64,000 nucleotides of DNA from positions 930,001-994,000 of the forward strand of contig JAUPSS010000005.1 in NCBI GenBank assembly GCA_040285825.1, given 5' to 3'. The number at the start of each line of letters is the position of its first letter. Positions within the stretch are counted from its first letter, which is position 1. The DNA is from Eukaryota sp. TZLM1-RC. Lineage: Eukaryota; Protista; Metamonada: BaSk clade. The notes under the pieces are model-generated. The model was not told where the DNA came from. It saw nothing but the letters and a program-made list of their open reading frames with translations, and searched no databases. Shown here one piece after another: positions 1-13,739 of this stretch. The position numbers and the translations under genes were made by a program.

Positions 1-11
1 TCAAAGATAGA

Positions 12-1315
12 TTGGATTGGAAGGCCTTCTTCCTAGATCAACACGGCAGGAGAATAAGGTTTCTCTCCATCGAGCAGAGAAGTAGGACCGACTCGGAAGA
101 CATCCTACAATCCAAATTGCCTGCCTGGTTTGACCCTAACTTTGATACGGAAATCCATAATTACACGGAGCTGACAGAGGGTGCTCCCACATATTTTAGG
201 GAATTTATGGAGCAGGAGGATAGTAGTGAACAAGACAAGCTTGAACCAGTAACACCCTGGTTTGATGAAGACGCTTTAAATAACATTCATACGGAACGAT
301 CAGCTGTATCCACGTATAGGAGCCGTCCTCACAACTACATCCAACAACATGGTAACTCGTTCACGAAACAACGAGAGTTTAGACAATGGGTAACGGGAGA
401 TCCATCCACATCTCTCCACCTTCCCAAACTGCCTGTTGTAGCCCCCATAATTTCTGAAAACAGCCAACCAATACAGGTCTGCTCTATTGACAGCATACCC
501 GAACACGTTCCAACAGTGAACGTCCCGGAACCTGTAACTAGACAAGACGTTGCTCCTCAGGAAGAAACAACTTCCTCTCAACCTATGGAATGTGAAATCG
601 GAGAAGACATAGAGTTGAACGGGCCAGTCGTTGGAGAAACGGCTCCTCCTCAACCCTCAGTATGAAACTCTTCTTCCGACAGATTTATGCGTATTGAGGA
701 CCTACAATCCTCAAGAAGAGCTATTGAAATCCTGTTGGCCACACTGTATTCGAATGCAAAGATCCTCGTTGTGCTAGAAGCAGAGTTCCCAAAGAAGAAA
801 GATTCAGATTAGAAGAACAGGAGGCGCCTGCTAGTAGAGGCAGTGTAGAAAGGGGCCGAGGTGGCCGTGGTAGACGTGTACATAGATTCAAATTTAGAGG
901 CCGTGGAGGCCGTTTTAGAGGTCATAAAGGAAGAGGTCAGTACAGACCTATTTATAACATCAACACTACAGAGGATATATCATCAAACGCATCCCCTACT
1001 GAGTCAAAACCGACCCGTTCGAGTACGGTTCCTCACAGACGGATCAACAACAGCAACCGGAACAGCAGGACAGGCAACTTACCTAATCGGGTACACATCA
1101 ACGCAATCAATCACAATCAATCAACAACCGATTTAGGAAACCCAGTCAACAACTTTTCAACAGCTCAACAAAATCTTTTAATTCCTCTACAAATTCACCA
1201 ATCCAGCTTTGATATCAATAGTATTTTTGATATTAATTCTACGGTTAGTGAGAACCACATCAGATCCCAGCGTTCTCCATTTCTAAGACTGGAGATATCA
1301 ATAAATGATATTAAA
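12..1315 (+). pseudogene. gag: gag remnant with the capsid region deleted
   Basis: 12-730 aligns with the Gag N-terminal region of ORF 54764-58789 (GRRIRFL.IE.RSRTD). Stop at 663. At ~730 it jumps, out of frame, to GHTVFECKDPRC and the RGG-rich segment. Confidence 0.88.
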
Positions 1316-4300
1316 ATGATTGCGACTATAGATTCGGCTGCGTTTTGTTCAGTTATCACTGCAGATTTAGCTGAACAATGCCATATGTCAATCAATAGCA
1401 AGGATACCATTAAGTTCTTACCAGCTAATAACGTATCCACAAAATCGCTAGGGAGTGCAACTGGTATTCTGTCGTTCAACGTAGGAAGCATTGCGCAACA
1501 AGTTCATTATAAACATACTCTTCCCATAATCCCGGGTTCGAACAAATTATTAATAGGGACAGACATGTTAAAAGCACTTGGGCTTCAGACGGATGATGGT
1601 CTTTTCATTAGATTAGACAAAGAACACCGCACTTTGCTAAATGCAGAATCAGAATTCGACTCTAGGATCGCTCAACATTCGATTGGGAACTTAGATAACC
1701 AATCACCAAGTCCTTCTGATTTTGAGGAGCAATTAGCAAGACCTGGATGTGAGATAAAATTAGATGATAGTAATAATAAATTAAAATTAACGAGTCTACT
1801 AAAATTATTCAGCGATGTTTTTAGTGAAACTCCTAATAGAAAAGGGATCGATTGTAATCCTCTAACAATCCCCTTTAGAGATGAGAATGCTATAGTACAC
1901 AAGCCTGCTAGACGGTTAAATCCCAGCAAAATGGAAATAGCAAACAACATATTTGATGAACTGATCGAAATGGGTTATGCAGTTGAATCTAATTATAAAT
2001 TCAGCTCTCCTATTGTCTTAGTTATATATCCTGACGGCAAGAAACCCAGGTTAACTGGAGACTTTAGTGGTAAAGATGGAGTTAATGCCCATACGATTTC
2101 AGTAGAGCCTAATCTACCTAGGATTAGTGATATTTTAGAATTTTTGAGTAGAGCAAATTACATCGCCACGCTTGATTTACCAAAAGCTTTCTGGCAGATG
2201 AATGTAGCTGATAAGGATATTGAGAAAACATCAATCTCAATTCCTGGAAGGTCAATCATGTTTAAAAAGAGCTTGCTTCGGATTAAAGAACATCCCAGCA
2301 GTTTTTCAAAACGTAATGATGGAAATTTTCCAAATAGACGGCGTTTTTATATACATTGACGATATCATAATAGTTGGAACGACATTCGAAGAATTTTATA
2401 AGAGATTACAAAGAGTCCTCCAATGCGCCAGAAATAGACGCGTAAATATAGGCTTACGTAAATGTAAATTCGTAACATCAAAACACCCTATCGACATTTT
2501 AGGAAGTACCTTCCAGGATAAAACTAGATTTATTAGTAAGAAAAAAATCGAAGCCTTGATGAGAATCCCTAGACCAAAAACAGTGAAAGAAGTTCGCTCA
2601 TTGGTAGGATCCATCAATTATATTAGAGATTGGCTTCCAGGTATTTCTGAATTAATTGCTCCAATTAACGAGCTAATTAAAGGAAAACCCAGAATAATTA
2701 AATGGACTAGCAAGCATGACGATTACCTAAAACAAATAAAAGACTTAATAGTAAACCACATGCCCCTTGAATTACCAGCTCCGGGCAAGCGAGTATTGAT
2801 AAGTACTGACGCTTCAGATGTAGCAGTAGGAGGTGTTATTTGGCAAGAAATTGAACCCTACTCCCCTGCAGGAACCCCGCTAAATAAAAGGAAAGTAAAA
2901 CCTTTGTCATTCTATAGTAGATTACTTACAGAAACACAAAGAAAATGGTCCACATTACAGAAAGAATTATATGCAATACTTTTGATTTTAACTGAAAGTT
3001 GTTTAGAAAGCTACTTGTTAACTAGACATTTAACATTTTTCACAGATCATAAAAACATTGCATTCCTGGCTACAGCCCCAGAGAAAAATAGAATTGTAAA
3101 GAGATGGCTGCCGATACTATCTGAATTCGACTTTGACATAGTCCACGAACCTGGTGAAGACAACCATTGGGCAGATATGTTATCGAGGAATATTGATTTG
3201 GAACAAAACGAGGAAACTCCTTCTATTTGTAGCATAAATATACCAGATACTTTACTTTCAAATTACGAGATACCTCCACTAGACGATGATTCTGATTCGA
3301 ATCTTGAAGACATCCCATCAATCTCATCTCTAAGTAGACACCAAGACCTACCTATTTTTTCTTCTTGGTTCTCTAAGATAAGATCCGAACAACAAATAGC
3401 CAAAAACAACAACGACTCGTTATTTGAAAATGTAATTCTAGATGAAAATACTCAAATTTGGAAAAATAATAAAAACAAAATTTTGATTCCAAAGAGCCTC
3501 AGAAAACAGGCACTACTATTAATACATGGTTTGGTTCAATCTGGTCACCCCAGTAAAAACGATAGTTTACACCAACTATCCAAAAGCGATTTCTACTGGC
3601 CCAATATGAGAAAGGACCTCATTAATCATGTCAAAAGATGCCCAACTTGTCAAAAAACGGCTCCAGTTAAAAGATCAAAAACACCTTCCACAGGATCTTT
3701 ATGGGCAGATCGTCCTTTTGCCAGATTAAACGTCGATACAATTGGACCCCTAAATTCTGACAACGAAGGAAATAAATATCTTTTAGTATTTGTAGACTCT
3801 TTCACTGGATATACAATTTTAGTCCCTCTAAAAGAACTCAATGCCTTAGAAACCGCTGATGCCTTAATTTGGAATGTTTGTGCTCTGGCATACCTATGTT
3901 AATTCATAGTGATAATGGACCTGAGTTCGCCAACGAGACTTTTAAAATAGTGTGTAACAGATAGCGATTGAGACGAGTAACTCAATTCCCCACTATTCAG
4001 AAAGTAATGGACTTGTAGAACGTAAACATAGAGACGTTCTTCAATGCTTAAGGAAACTATTAATAGATTTCAACGATTACGGAAATTGGTCTACATACGT
4101 ACCTATATCCCAACTATTAATAAATTCTACTAAAAGCAGAAAAACTGGTTTTACTCCATACGAACTCATGTTCGGTTCTTCGATTAGCCCAAGAACAGAC
4201 CCTGCTAATATATTAGGAAATTTATCCAAATTTGAAACTAATATCCCCTTATTAGATGACATCAAAATGAAAAACACTCGTCTACAAGAAAAAAGGGAAG

Positions 4301-4851
4301 AAGCAGAGCGTCACCAAACATTAAATACTCCGTCTTCAGTAGATAATACTAATTCGTGTTTTTTAGCATTCAATATTGGTGACTACATCTTACGTAAAAC
4401 CAAGCAAAATAATAAATTGCATGGATCTTGGAATGGACCATTTTTAGTTATTGACCTTCCTTCCAAATCCACTTTATTATTGAAGAATCTTACTACTGGC
4501 ACAGAATTAAAAGCTGCCAAGAAAGATTGCAAAACCTATAACGCAGAAAATCCACAGGACATTGAGTTCCTCAAGGCAGTCGCTGCAGGCGATTCCGAAA
4601 AACACGTTATAGAGAAAATCCTCTCAGAATACCACTCTGATTCAGGTAGTTTCTGTACTGTTCAATGGTTTGGCGGTGAGACAACAGAAGAGCCACTCCA
4701 TTCGGTTAGACACTCAGAAGCTTATAAGTTATTTAGTAAGGATAACAAGAAAATTGGAAAACGTACCATTAGTCGACGACAAGGTACCTCCAATGAGTCT
4801 ACGCCTTCTAAAAAGCCTAGACGCAGCAATAGAATTAGGAAAAGGAGCTAA
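1316..4851 (+). pseudogene. pol: pol (protease-RT-RNaseH-integrase-chromo-like tail), frameshifted
   Basis: ORFs 1316-2359, 2220-3902 and 4168-4851, with frameshifts near 2265, 3885 and 3960. Confidence 0.93.
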
Positions 4852-4980
4852 TTCTTAGTTTATATCGATTATTTAAATTATATCGATTATATGTATTTAT
4901 TATAGTTATTTCGTTATTTGTATATAGTTTTTATTTCATATTTTTATAAGCTGATTTATTTTGAAAAAGGGAAGAAGCAG

Positions 4981-5059
4981 TGTTGGCGCCCTAAGGCTTA
5001 TATAATATGAATGGAAAATAAATCAGACTTTTCTTTACTACAATAGACTTTAGGCAACA
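4981..5059 (+). repeat. 3' LTR (79 bp) of Gypsy copy A
   Basis: TGTTGGCGCC...GGCAACA, preceded by PPT GAAAAAGGGAAGAAGCAG. Homologous to LTRs at 50820 and 58873. Confidence 0.9.
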
Positions 5060-6599
5060 AAAAGGTGATTTTATCATGTGACGACACTAGAAAAGCAGTG
5101 GCAGGAAATCTTTGAGGAGATTCAAGATGAACTTACATGCATTTAATAAAAAGAATCTTTCTGTTGAATTATTCAGATGAAAATTGATGTAGTGTTCCAG
5201 AACAGAATCAACAACTATTTCTTCGGGTTGGGCTAAAGGTTCATCTGGTAAAAGAGAGATAAGATAATTGGCACATATATTCGTTTTATCTAGAGCTCTA
5301 CAATGAGCACGAATGAAGCTTTTTGTCCAGGATTGACAAATTTTAGGTAAACTTGTCTTAACGTTAAACGTTCAATTGACGAGCCCGACAAGCAAGGTAA
5401 GGAGAAAGCCCTTTTTTATTGATAAAATTACATTTCTGAAACTGCAGCCAAGCATTGAGAAAAAGGTTGAATGAAATTCTGTAAGGCATTAATGAATTTT
5501 CCCATGAAGAAACAAGAGACCTATCTTGTGGGCATTCAGGAAGAAATCCACTGTAAAAGATATGGAGTAATTGGCATTGGCCTTTGGAGGTGGATGGCTT
5601 TAGAAAAGAACCATTGGTGATGACGGTCATGAAAAAATACCATACATCCTGTATGGTATTTCAACATCCAGTAAAGCTCTGAAAGCCAACGGAAAATTTA
5701 GAAAAAAGACTGAAACAATAAAGAACCTTCATGACAAATCTCGTGGACCAAAGGAAGGTCAGTCCGAATTTGTTGCACCGTTGAAGAGGTCAGTAGCGAG
5801 TCATGTGCACAAGACCCAGTGAATACACATGACACAGAATGGTTGTCTGACATGTAGTGAGAATAAAGAGCTCATCTATCAAATTTTACACTTGTCACCC
5901 CTTATTCAACTTCTGGTTGCCTGTTTTGGAAGGTTTTTAACCCTCAACTTGGTTTTAGGAGGTTTTCATCATTCCCACGCCTTCCCCTCACTTCATAAAC
6001 TAGGTTCTTATTTCCTCCACTTAGCTTCTTTTGTGAGCTTTAATATTCCCCTGCACTAATTCTACAGGTTTGTTTACTCATCTTTGATTCATTTTTACCT
6101 TATACCGCAGTTAGTTCCCTTAAAACTATTGTTGGACTCGTCCCAAACCCCACCACTCTCTTCTTATGTTGCCATTCCTCTCCATTGTCAGCTCCTTCAC
6201 AATCCAACTTTTCTCTATTACGGTATTACGGCATTTATCCATTGTTTACATGAGCTTCCATCATTGCCCTCATATTCAGCGAAGCATTTCGATCTCTATT
6301 CCACAAACATTCACATGATTTACACATGGTAAGCCCGCGACGAATAGACATCTCATGCCTCTTCCATGGCCTAGGATTTCTGTACCATTAGAATGTTTAA
6401 ACTGTCTTCTGCGCTGTCTTACAATTGAACACAACAACAGCTGATTCGAAACTCATCAATTAAATAGATAGATATTATAACCAGCTTTTGTGATCAAAAA
6501 ACTTTCCCAAGACTAATGAGTATTCAAGTTCGTAGGGAACATTGATCTCTTGAAGTATTTTTCTCTTAAACAAATTGTTGTTTCAGTCATTTTTTAATT

Positions 6600-6790
6600 A
6601 TACTATTGTCTGTCATGGAATAATTTCGGTTTTGATGACAGAGGTGATGTGTACTGTGATTGTGTCAAAAAAATCTGAAGCTGTTGATGACTTTGTCACC
6701 TGAAATGTTGCAATTGACACTTTGGTTCAAAGAAGAAAACTTAATACTGAAGATGCACTTGATTTGAAGCCAAAGAAAAACAAAGAAAAT
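6600..6790 (+). mobile_element. degenerate RLE-domain fragment, non-LTR family H
   Basis: Matches 30150-30330 (NNFGFDDRGDVYCD...RRKLN). Confidence 0.75.
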
Positions 6791-7329
6791 CAAGTTTCTT
6801 TCTTGATTACAGTATTATTAATTTAATAGTGAACATCATTGCAAATTACGATAAACAATAATTGAGAATATAATTGTCAACAATCAAGTACATTTTGCGT
6901 TTATTTTTCAAATTTGTTCAGTCAGTCCTGATGCCTGAAGTTTTGATACAGACGTATGCTCAATTTCCAATGAAGACCATGCAGTGAGAACACGGCTCTA
7001 TGTTGTTAAATATTTATTCGACATTGTTAAAAACCAGATCTTCTTTGATTGGATTTTCCACAGTTACATTAATAGGAAAAGGTTAATCACTGAGGATCTA
7101 CGTTCTCAAGTTTTGACTGAGCAGTAGGAGACTCTTTAATAATTCAGTACATGATGAGGTAGTGTGATTGAAAGTGAATAAGTATTATGCCAGGACAAGA
7201 CCTTTAAATGAACCTTTCAAATCTGTTATTTAATTGGAAAAAAATTAATTTAACGTAATGAAATTAATTTAGTACTTTGTATACACGATATTTTCTGTGT
7301 GAACCAATTATAGTAACTATTACAATGAT

Positions 7330-10300
7330 TTTTTTTCTCACTCACTTTCAACGTCCTCCTTTTTCTCAACTTGACGTCCTATTGTCGGTTCGATTGAATT
7401 CCTCCAGTCTCCATGTCAGACACTCTCAGTGATACTGACTGGACTGCAAAAAGTACCGAACGTGATGTTGACAAACCAACTTCCTCAACCACCAATCGTT
7501 CTCATTCTCCCCACCTGTCACTCCATGCTGGAAAATCATTGGAAAAAAATTTAAATGAAAATTTTTCTAAACCACGCCGCAAATGTAGTAAATGTCGAAA
7601 ATCCGGACATAACATTGCAACTTGTCCGCTTATTCAAAAGGAAAAACTTAATGCTCGTGCTGCAACTGCTGATTTAAATTTTTCGTTATCACACAATCCT
7701 GAAAATGAATTTTTAAGTGAGATTCCCGATAACACTCCAAACAAAGAAGATCAAAAAGATGAAAAAATGTGTTTTTTGTCGAAAGCTTGTTGCTGTCAAT
7801 GATTCTGGTCGACCTTTACTTTTTTGTGATTCTTGTGTTGCTGCTGATCAGCTACGTTGTCCCATTCGTGTTCCTGCTCAGCTTAGTCCGTTGGCTTCGA
7901 TACCTTTTGCTGTTGTTCTTCGTGCTTTGACTGAAAATCTTCGTAAAGGATTATGGGATGTTACGATTATTTGGAAATTTTTCCTGAAAAAAGATAAAAA
8001 ACTTTTATCGAAAAAATCATTTTTTTAAAAAAAATGTTTTTTCGAAAGAAAAATTGATGAGAAAATTAGCTTTAAAAGGACGTTTTGGATCTGCAAAACA
8101 ATGTCTATTCTCTTCTGATTTAGCTGAATGTAATGAAAGCACATTGTTCCAATTGAATCATCTTCATCCAGAAGAAAATTTCATTGTACTAAACCAGATT
8201 CAGTTGATTATTGGCTGCAAAATCCTGTCAATGCTTCAGAGGTATTGAAACTGATTCAGCAAGTGCCTACTGGAAAAGCCCCTGGGCCATCTTTGTTGAA
8301 TTTTGACATGATCAAATCAGCTGTTGGACAATGTCCTGAAATTGCTGATGATCTTGTTCTTTTTTTCAACAATCTTCTTACGTTAAAAATTAAAGTCCCT
8401 TTTGAGATGACCAGTGCTCGCTTAATTGCCCTCAAAAAAATCAATCCAAAATCCGTCCAATTGCAATTGGAGAATCGTTTTGAAGAATTCTTGCGTCTCT
8501 TGTTTTCAATAGAATTGGGAAAAAAGCCAAGGAATTTTTCAGTCCATTTCAATTTGAAATCAAGACAATTGATGGTGCTTCTTCTGCTGCTCTTTCGTCG
8601 GATGTGTTTTTTAATTCTAGTGATTCTAATTACATCTTCAATTTAGATTTTAAGAATGCTTTCAATTCTGTATCTCGTTCTTCCATTTTACCTTTGCTGC
8701 GAAAGCATTTTCCTGAAGTTGAGCCTTTTTTCTATTCATTTTATGGAAAATCATCCACATTGGTCTATGAAAACTTTGACCTGCTTTCGTCTTCAGGTGT
8801 TAAACAAGGTGATCTACTTGGTCCTTTTTTCTTTTGTCTGGCAATTCATTCATTAATGTGCGAATTGAAAGAAAAATTCCCAGAAATAGATATTGTAGCA
8901 TATATGGTTGGCATTTCTGTAATTGCTCCTATTACAATTTTGAAACAAATAGCAACTTGTATTCAACAGCGTTATGAAGATATTGGTCTCTCATTGAATA
9001 TCTCCAATTGTTTGATTATTGGCCATAAACTAATTCATTTTTTCATTAATGATGTCAATGTCCCCTTTATCAATTATGATCAGTCTGGTTTTCGTTTTTT
9101 GGGTTGTTATCTCGGAAATAATGATGAAGTCAAAGGCCAACTTTCGACTCTGTTGACTCAATTTGGAAATGAATTAGAATCAATAGAAAATTTAAATATT
9201 GAGAAACATTTGAAATTCTTTTTCCTAAAAATCTGTTATTCTGAAAAATTTACTCATATTTTGAGATCAACATCACCATCAATTTCTTTGGAGTTTTGTC
9301 GCATTTTTAATGAACAAAGAACCAATTTTTTAGCAAAATTATTGGAAATTGATGCATCTCAGTTACGAAGCCACATTTTTTGTGGTACAAATTTTGGTGG
9401 TGTTGATTTTCATAAATCAAGCTACCTTTGAAAAGCTGCCTTCATTGGAGGTGGAAAGAATTTTATTTATGAATTTGTGAATCGTTTTCCTGAAAAAATT
9501 CATCTCATTGAAAATTGTGGCAGCTCTTATCTTATTTCATTGCAACAGGAAATTGAAACTCTTTCACCCAATATTTGGGCTAAATGTTTCCCCTCTGATA
9601 TTGTGGAACTTCCTTCAAGAAGCTTGCTCTCCTTACCACTGACTTTTGCAAAATTGCAGAAAAAAATCTTGAAAGTTTTAGAAAACTTGGATTATATTGT
9701 ACGTCTTAGCTTGGCTAAGAAAAAAATTCCGTTTTTGCAAACTTTTTGATTGATCTTGAAGACAGTTGCTCAAGTTGCCTAATCTCCCAAATTCCCAACA
9801 TTTATGGCATTCTACTTAATGATCACCAATGGACCACTGCAATGAGAATGAGATGTTTTCTATGGCCTTGTTCATTACCAAATGATTTAATTTATCGCTG
9901 CAAGAGTGTTGTTACGCTTTCCCATATTTTAAACTGTAAGTCTTTTATAACTTATCGCTCGCTTGTTCATGACTCAGTTCGTGATCAATTATATGCCATG
10001 TGCAAAAGTTTCAATATAGAGGCATTTATTGAGCCACTAGTACGTAAGCTGTCTTCAGATCAAACTGATGATTCCTTTGGTAAAAGAAGGGCAGATTTAG
10101 TAGCTCCAGGGATCGATGGTGTTCTCAATTTTGTAGACGTTGTCTCAGTGGATGTTTGCAAAAATTCTGCTGCTCGTTTAGTGTATTCCGCTGATTCGCC
10201 GTTATCTAACGCCGAAAAAAAGAAGATAAAAAAATATGAAGAACCTTTGGCACAGTTAGGTAGAGTGGAACATGTGAAATATCAGTTTGTGCCGTTTGCA

Positions 10301-10610
10301 ATTTCTCTTTTTGGCAATATTGGACCTTCAGGGTTACACTTTTTTGAAAATTTCAAAAAAGTGTTACTGAATAGGTCTGGTAAAACAATGAACTCCACTT
10401 CCTGGTTAAATAGAATTGTTTTTTGCATTTTCAAGTCTATTCCAACAATGATTTCAAAGGCACTTTTAGCTATTGGTGTAGAATATGAACGTAATGCTGT
10501 GAGTAGGTTCAGTAATAGTGATGCTTGTTTGGAGGATATTGAATTCTAGATGGGTTTTTTTATCTCAATAATTATTCCAGTTTTAAAAATAAATAAAAAT
10601 AAATAAAAAA
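7330..10610 (+). mobile_element. full-length CRE-like RLE non-LTR retrotransposon, family A copy 1 (frameshifted)
   Basis: ORF pieces 7413-10549: CSKCRKSGHNIATC knuckle; RT motifs KAPGPS, LDFKNAFN, GVKQGD, FRFLG; HDSVRD; RLE RRAD..DV..KKY..FVPFA. A-rich tail. Candidate 11-bp TSD ATTAC(A/T)ATGAT at 7319 and 10611. Confidence 0.92.
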
Positions 10611-10789
10611 ATTACTATGATGATGACAAAAACGATTGATAACCACGTCTCAAACATTGTGCTTTATCACCAATCATTCTGACTTAATCAATTGTAAACA
10701 AATCGTAAAATGCTAACTTGTTAAGTAGACATAATTTGAAGTATTGGAAATTGACATTCTCAGATAAAGAATGCTTTTCCAGTGAAAAC

Positions 10790-12117
10790 CCTAGACACAC
10801 TGAACATGTTGCCGTTGGTGAATCTTTATCTCGTTTGTTGGCATCGATGGGCTTTGATCGTGTCAAAAACGAAGCTTCTAAATTTCTGAATCCTCATCAA
10901 TTTGGAATAAAAACAGTTGATGGTGCTTCTGTTGCCACTCTTGCCTCGGATAATTTTTTCAACTCAGAGGATAATAATTTTATTTTCAATCTCGACTTCA
11001 AAAATGCTCCCAATTCTGTAAAACAAAAAGCAAATTTTGAAGTAATTGAATCTAATTTTCCTGAGCCGTTAAGTTTTTTCTACCAATTTTATGGCAAAGG
11101 CTCTGATTTAATATTCAATTCATTTGGTTTAAAACCATCTTCTGGTGTAAAACAAGGTGCTCCTGTAGCCACCACAAGTTTGGACCAAATGTTTTCCCCA
11201 ATCAATTCAAGAAATTTACAACCAATCTCTTGTTAATTTGTAGTTTTGCTGTAAAAAACTTCAACGAAAATTGTCAAAGATTTTTGAAAGCTTGAGTTTT
11301 GATGTTAGACTTGACTTGGCCAAGAAAAAGAATCCCGCTTTTGTAAATCTTTCACAAGATATGTGTGATAGTACATCTTCTGCCTTAGTAACAACAAATC
11401 CTCAAATTTATGGCACTCTCTTAACTGATTCTGCCTGGACTTTGAATATGAGATTTTGTTCCTTTATGTGGCCTGTTAATTTACCTCATAATTCAATTTG
11501 TAAAGTTCTCGAATAACTACAATTACTCATTTGCTAAATTGTAACCTCTGTTGTCTCTGTTGAATTGTGCCTCTGCTTTTGGAACCTCTGTTGTCAAATC
11601 TGTTTGATACTGAAGATGATTTTCAAAAGAATAATAGAGGTGATGTCATATTACCTGGATTAGATGGAACCTTCATTTGATTGTATGTAATGTCTGTTGA
11701 TCCTTGTAATGCTTGCTAATTCTGAAATTCATAATCCTCTCAAATGCTGAAAATTTTAAAATCAAAAATTACAATGAAAATTTATCCAAACTGTCCATTC
11801 AACAGCATGCAAAATACAATTTGTATCCATTTGTATTTTCTCTTTTTGGTCCACTTGCACCAACGGCTATACGCTTTTTGGCAGATTTTGAAATGATTGT
11901 GAAGAGAAGAACTAACAGAAATTTCAACAGATTGTTTCGGGTAAAATAGAATTGTGTTTTCTATTTTTAAGGGAATGTTGAAGATGGTTTCTGATACTTT
12001 GCTTTCTCTTGGATATACACTATGCGAGTTGCATCTAGTTGTTTTGTTTTGGGAGAAATGGATTATTTAGATGTTATTTTGTAAAATTTCTAATAAATAA
12101 ATATATTTCAAAAAAAA
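10790..12117 (+). mobile_element. internally deleted RLE non-LTR element, family D
   Basis: AVGESLSR..HQFGI..LDFKNA..GVKQG, then an RLE region matching 32726-33670 and an A-rich tail. Confidence 0.85.
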
Positions 12118-12163
12118 GGGAATGTTCCAATTTATCTACATCGAAATAACAATTCAATAAGTC

Positions 12164-13121
12164 CTAAGCTCTATTAGCTGCAGATCCACCATCAGGATTG
12201 ATAACAGCTCCAGACATATAACTAGCAGCAGGAGAACACAAGAAAAGAACACCGTCAGCTTGTTCTTCAGGTTCAGAGATTCTCTTCATTGGGAGTTGTT
12301 CTACCCATGCATCCTTGATAGAGAGCCAGTTGGGGTCATCAGGAGAAAGAATATCGTAGTCTCCTTCATATGGTTGCTTTCCCTGGAAGTACCAATATTG
12401 GTTGAAGGTGAATGGTGTGCTAACCAAACCAGGAGAAATAGCATTGACTCTGATATAGGGAGTAGTGTCGGTGGCAACCATATTTTCCAAAGCGGCAGAC
12501 TTTGTTAAGGATACAACTGCCCATTTTGAGGTACCATACATACTTCCTAATGGAGTACCACTGTGTCCATTACCTGAGGCGGTATTGACAATACATCCTT
12601 CCTTATTGATTCTTTTCCAGTATCGGATCTCAGCGGCAATAGAGAACATTGTACCATAAATGTTGTTGTAAAGAGCATCATGTTCGGAGAAGAAGTTCGA
12701 TACTGGAATCTCATCAATAGGAGCCATATGGCCGCTGATACCTGCATTATTGACGGCAATGCTGAAGTTAATGCATCATACAAAGCGAATCATACTCTAA
12801 CGTTCCAAAGCGAGATACAGCAAAATCTACCATTGCGTCAGCTTGAAGAGGGTCTTTGATATCAGCTTGGAAGTAGACAACACGTCCAGAAGCCTTTCTG
12901 ACCAAAGGATGCTGATTGATCTTGTTTTCGGCTGCCCTACCCTTGGTGGAATTGCGGCAAACGATGGTAACCATTGCACCTGATTGAGCAAACTTCATGG
13001 CAGTACTGTAACCAATTCCCTGGCAACCACCAGTCACAAGAACGCTCTTGCCTTCAAACCAATTGGATGCGCATGCATGGATCGCCAAAAGGCAAACGAT
13101 AGCAATCAACAACGATTTCAT
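12164..13121 (-). CDS. short-chain dehydrogenase/reductase with N-terminal signal peptide; 34-nt intron 12762-12795
   Basis: TGGCQGIG, YGTSK, IRVNAISPG, DGG. Splicing restores LDIAVNNAG. Confidence 0.92.
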
Positions 13122-13739
13122 CAAATTTCAAATGGGAAGGTGATCAAATGATGTTTTCCATCTTTTCTAAATGCCAATTATTTTTTCAAATTAATTAGAT
13201 TTAAAATGCAAGAAATCAGATTAGTATTGTTTGTTATTCCCTTGCCCAGTTTTTGAATCATCTAGAAACTCTATTTTTGCAGCCACTTTTTAAATCCACT
13301 ACGACTACGATTGTAGTTTTTGAAACAATAGATAGTAATCAAACAGTATTAAGCAACCTTCACACGTGATAACACGTGTCAAACATTGACAAGAGTGTGT
13401 AAACTTGACACCTGCTTGAAAAATAAACCCATTTTGATTTGGTTCAAGCAATTTAATCCAGCATAGATAATCAAATATGTTTCAATTAAATCACAAACAT
13501 AGTAATAGCTAACGGGAAATGACTAAATCAAGACTTTGTTAAGGATATTTTTGTTCAAAAAATTTCACTGCTCATTCTCCAATATATTATTTACGATCAA
13601 GCTGTTAGTTATCAATGCTTATCTTTAGTTTGTTTTTGAGTCAAAATTTTTGACATTTGGATTATTTTAATTCACATTTTACACCAACTTTATGAAAACT
13701 AACTGGTTTTGAATCATCATAATTCAGAACGAATATTGA

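Larger units (their letters stand above)
1..5059 (+). mobile_element. Ty3/Gypsy-type LTR retrotransposon, copy A (5' end outside window; defective)
   Basis: Domain order PR (IDSAA)-RT (LDLPKAFWQ, YIDD)-RNaseH (TDASD, ELYAI, TDHKN)-IN (HHCC, SDNGPEF, GLVER, GPF). PPT 4963-4980 and 3' LTR 4981-5059. Close relative of the copy at 50820-58953. Confidence 0.95.

Noticed and set aside
300-5630. Short antisense and alternate-frame ORFs over the Gypsy elements (also 53131-58740) and over host genes
   Set aside because: Shadow frames of gag-pol or host CDS. Recurrence in copies A and B reflects DNA identity, not independent coding.
5060-6500. Possible decayed genes (also ~17980-18270)
   Set aside because: No recognisable motif and many stops; not callable.
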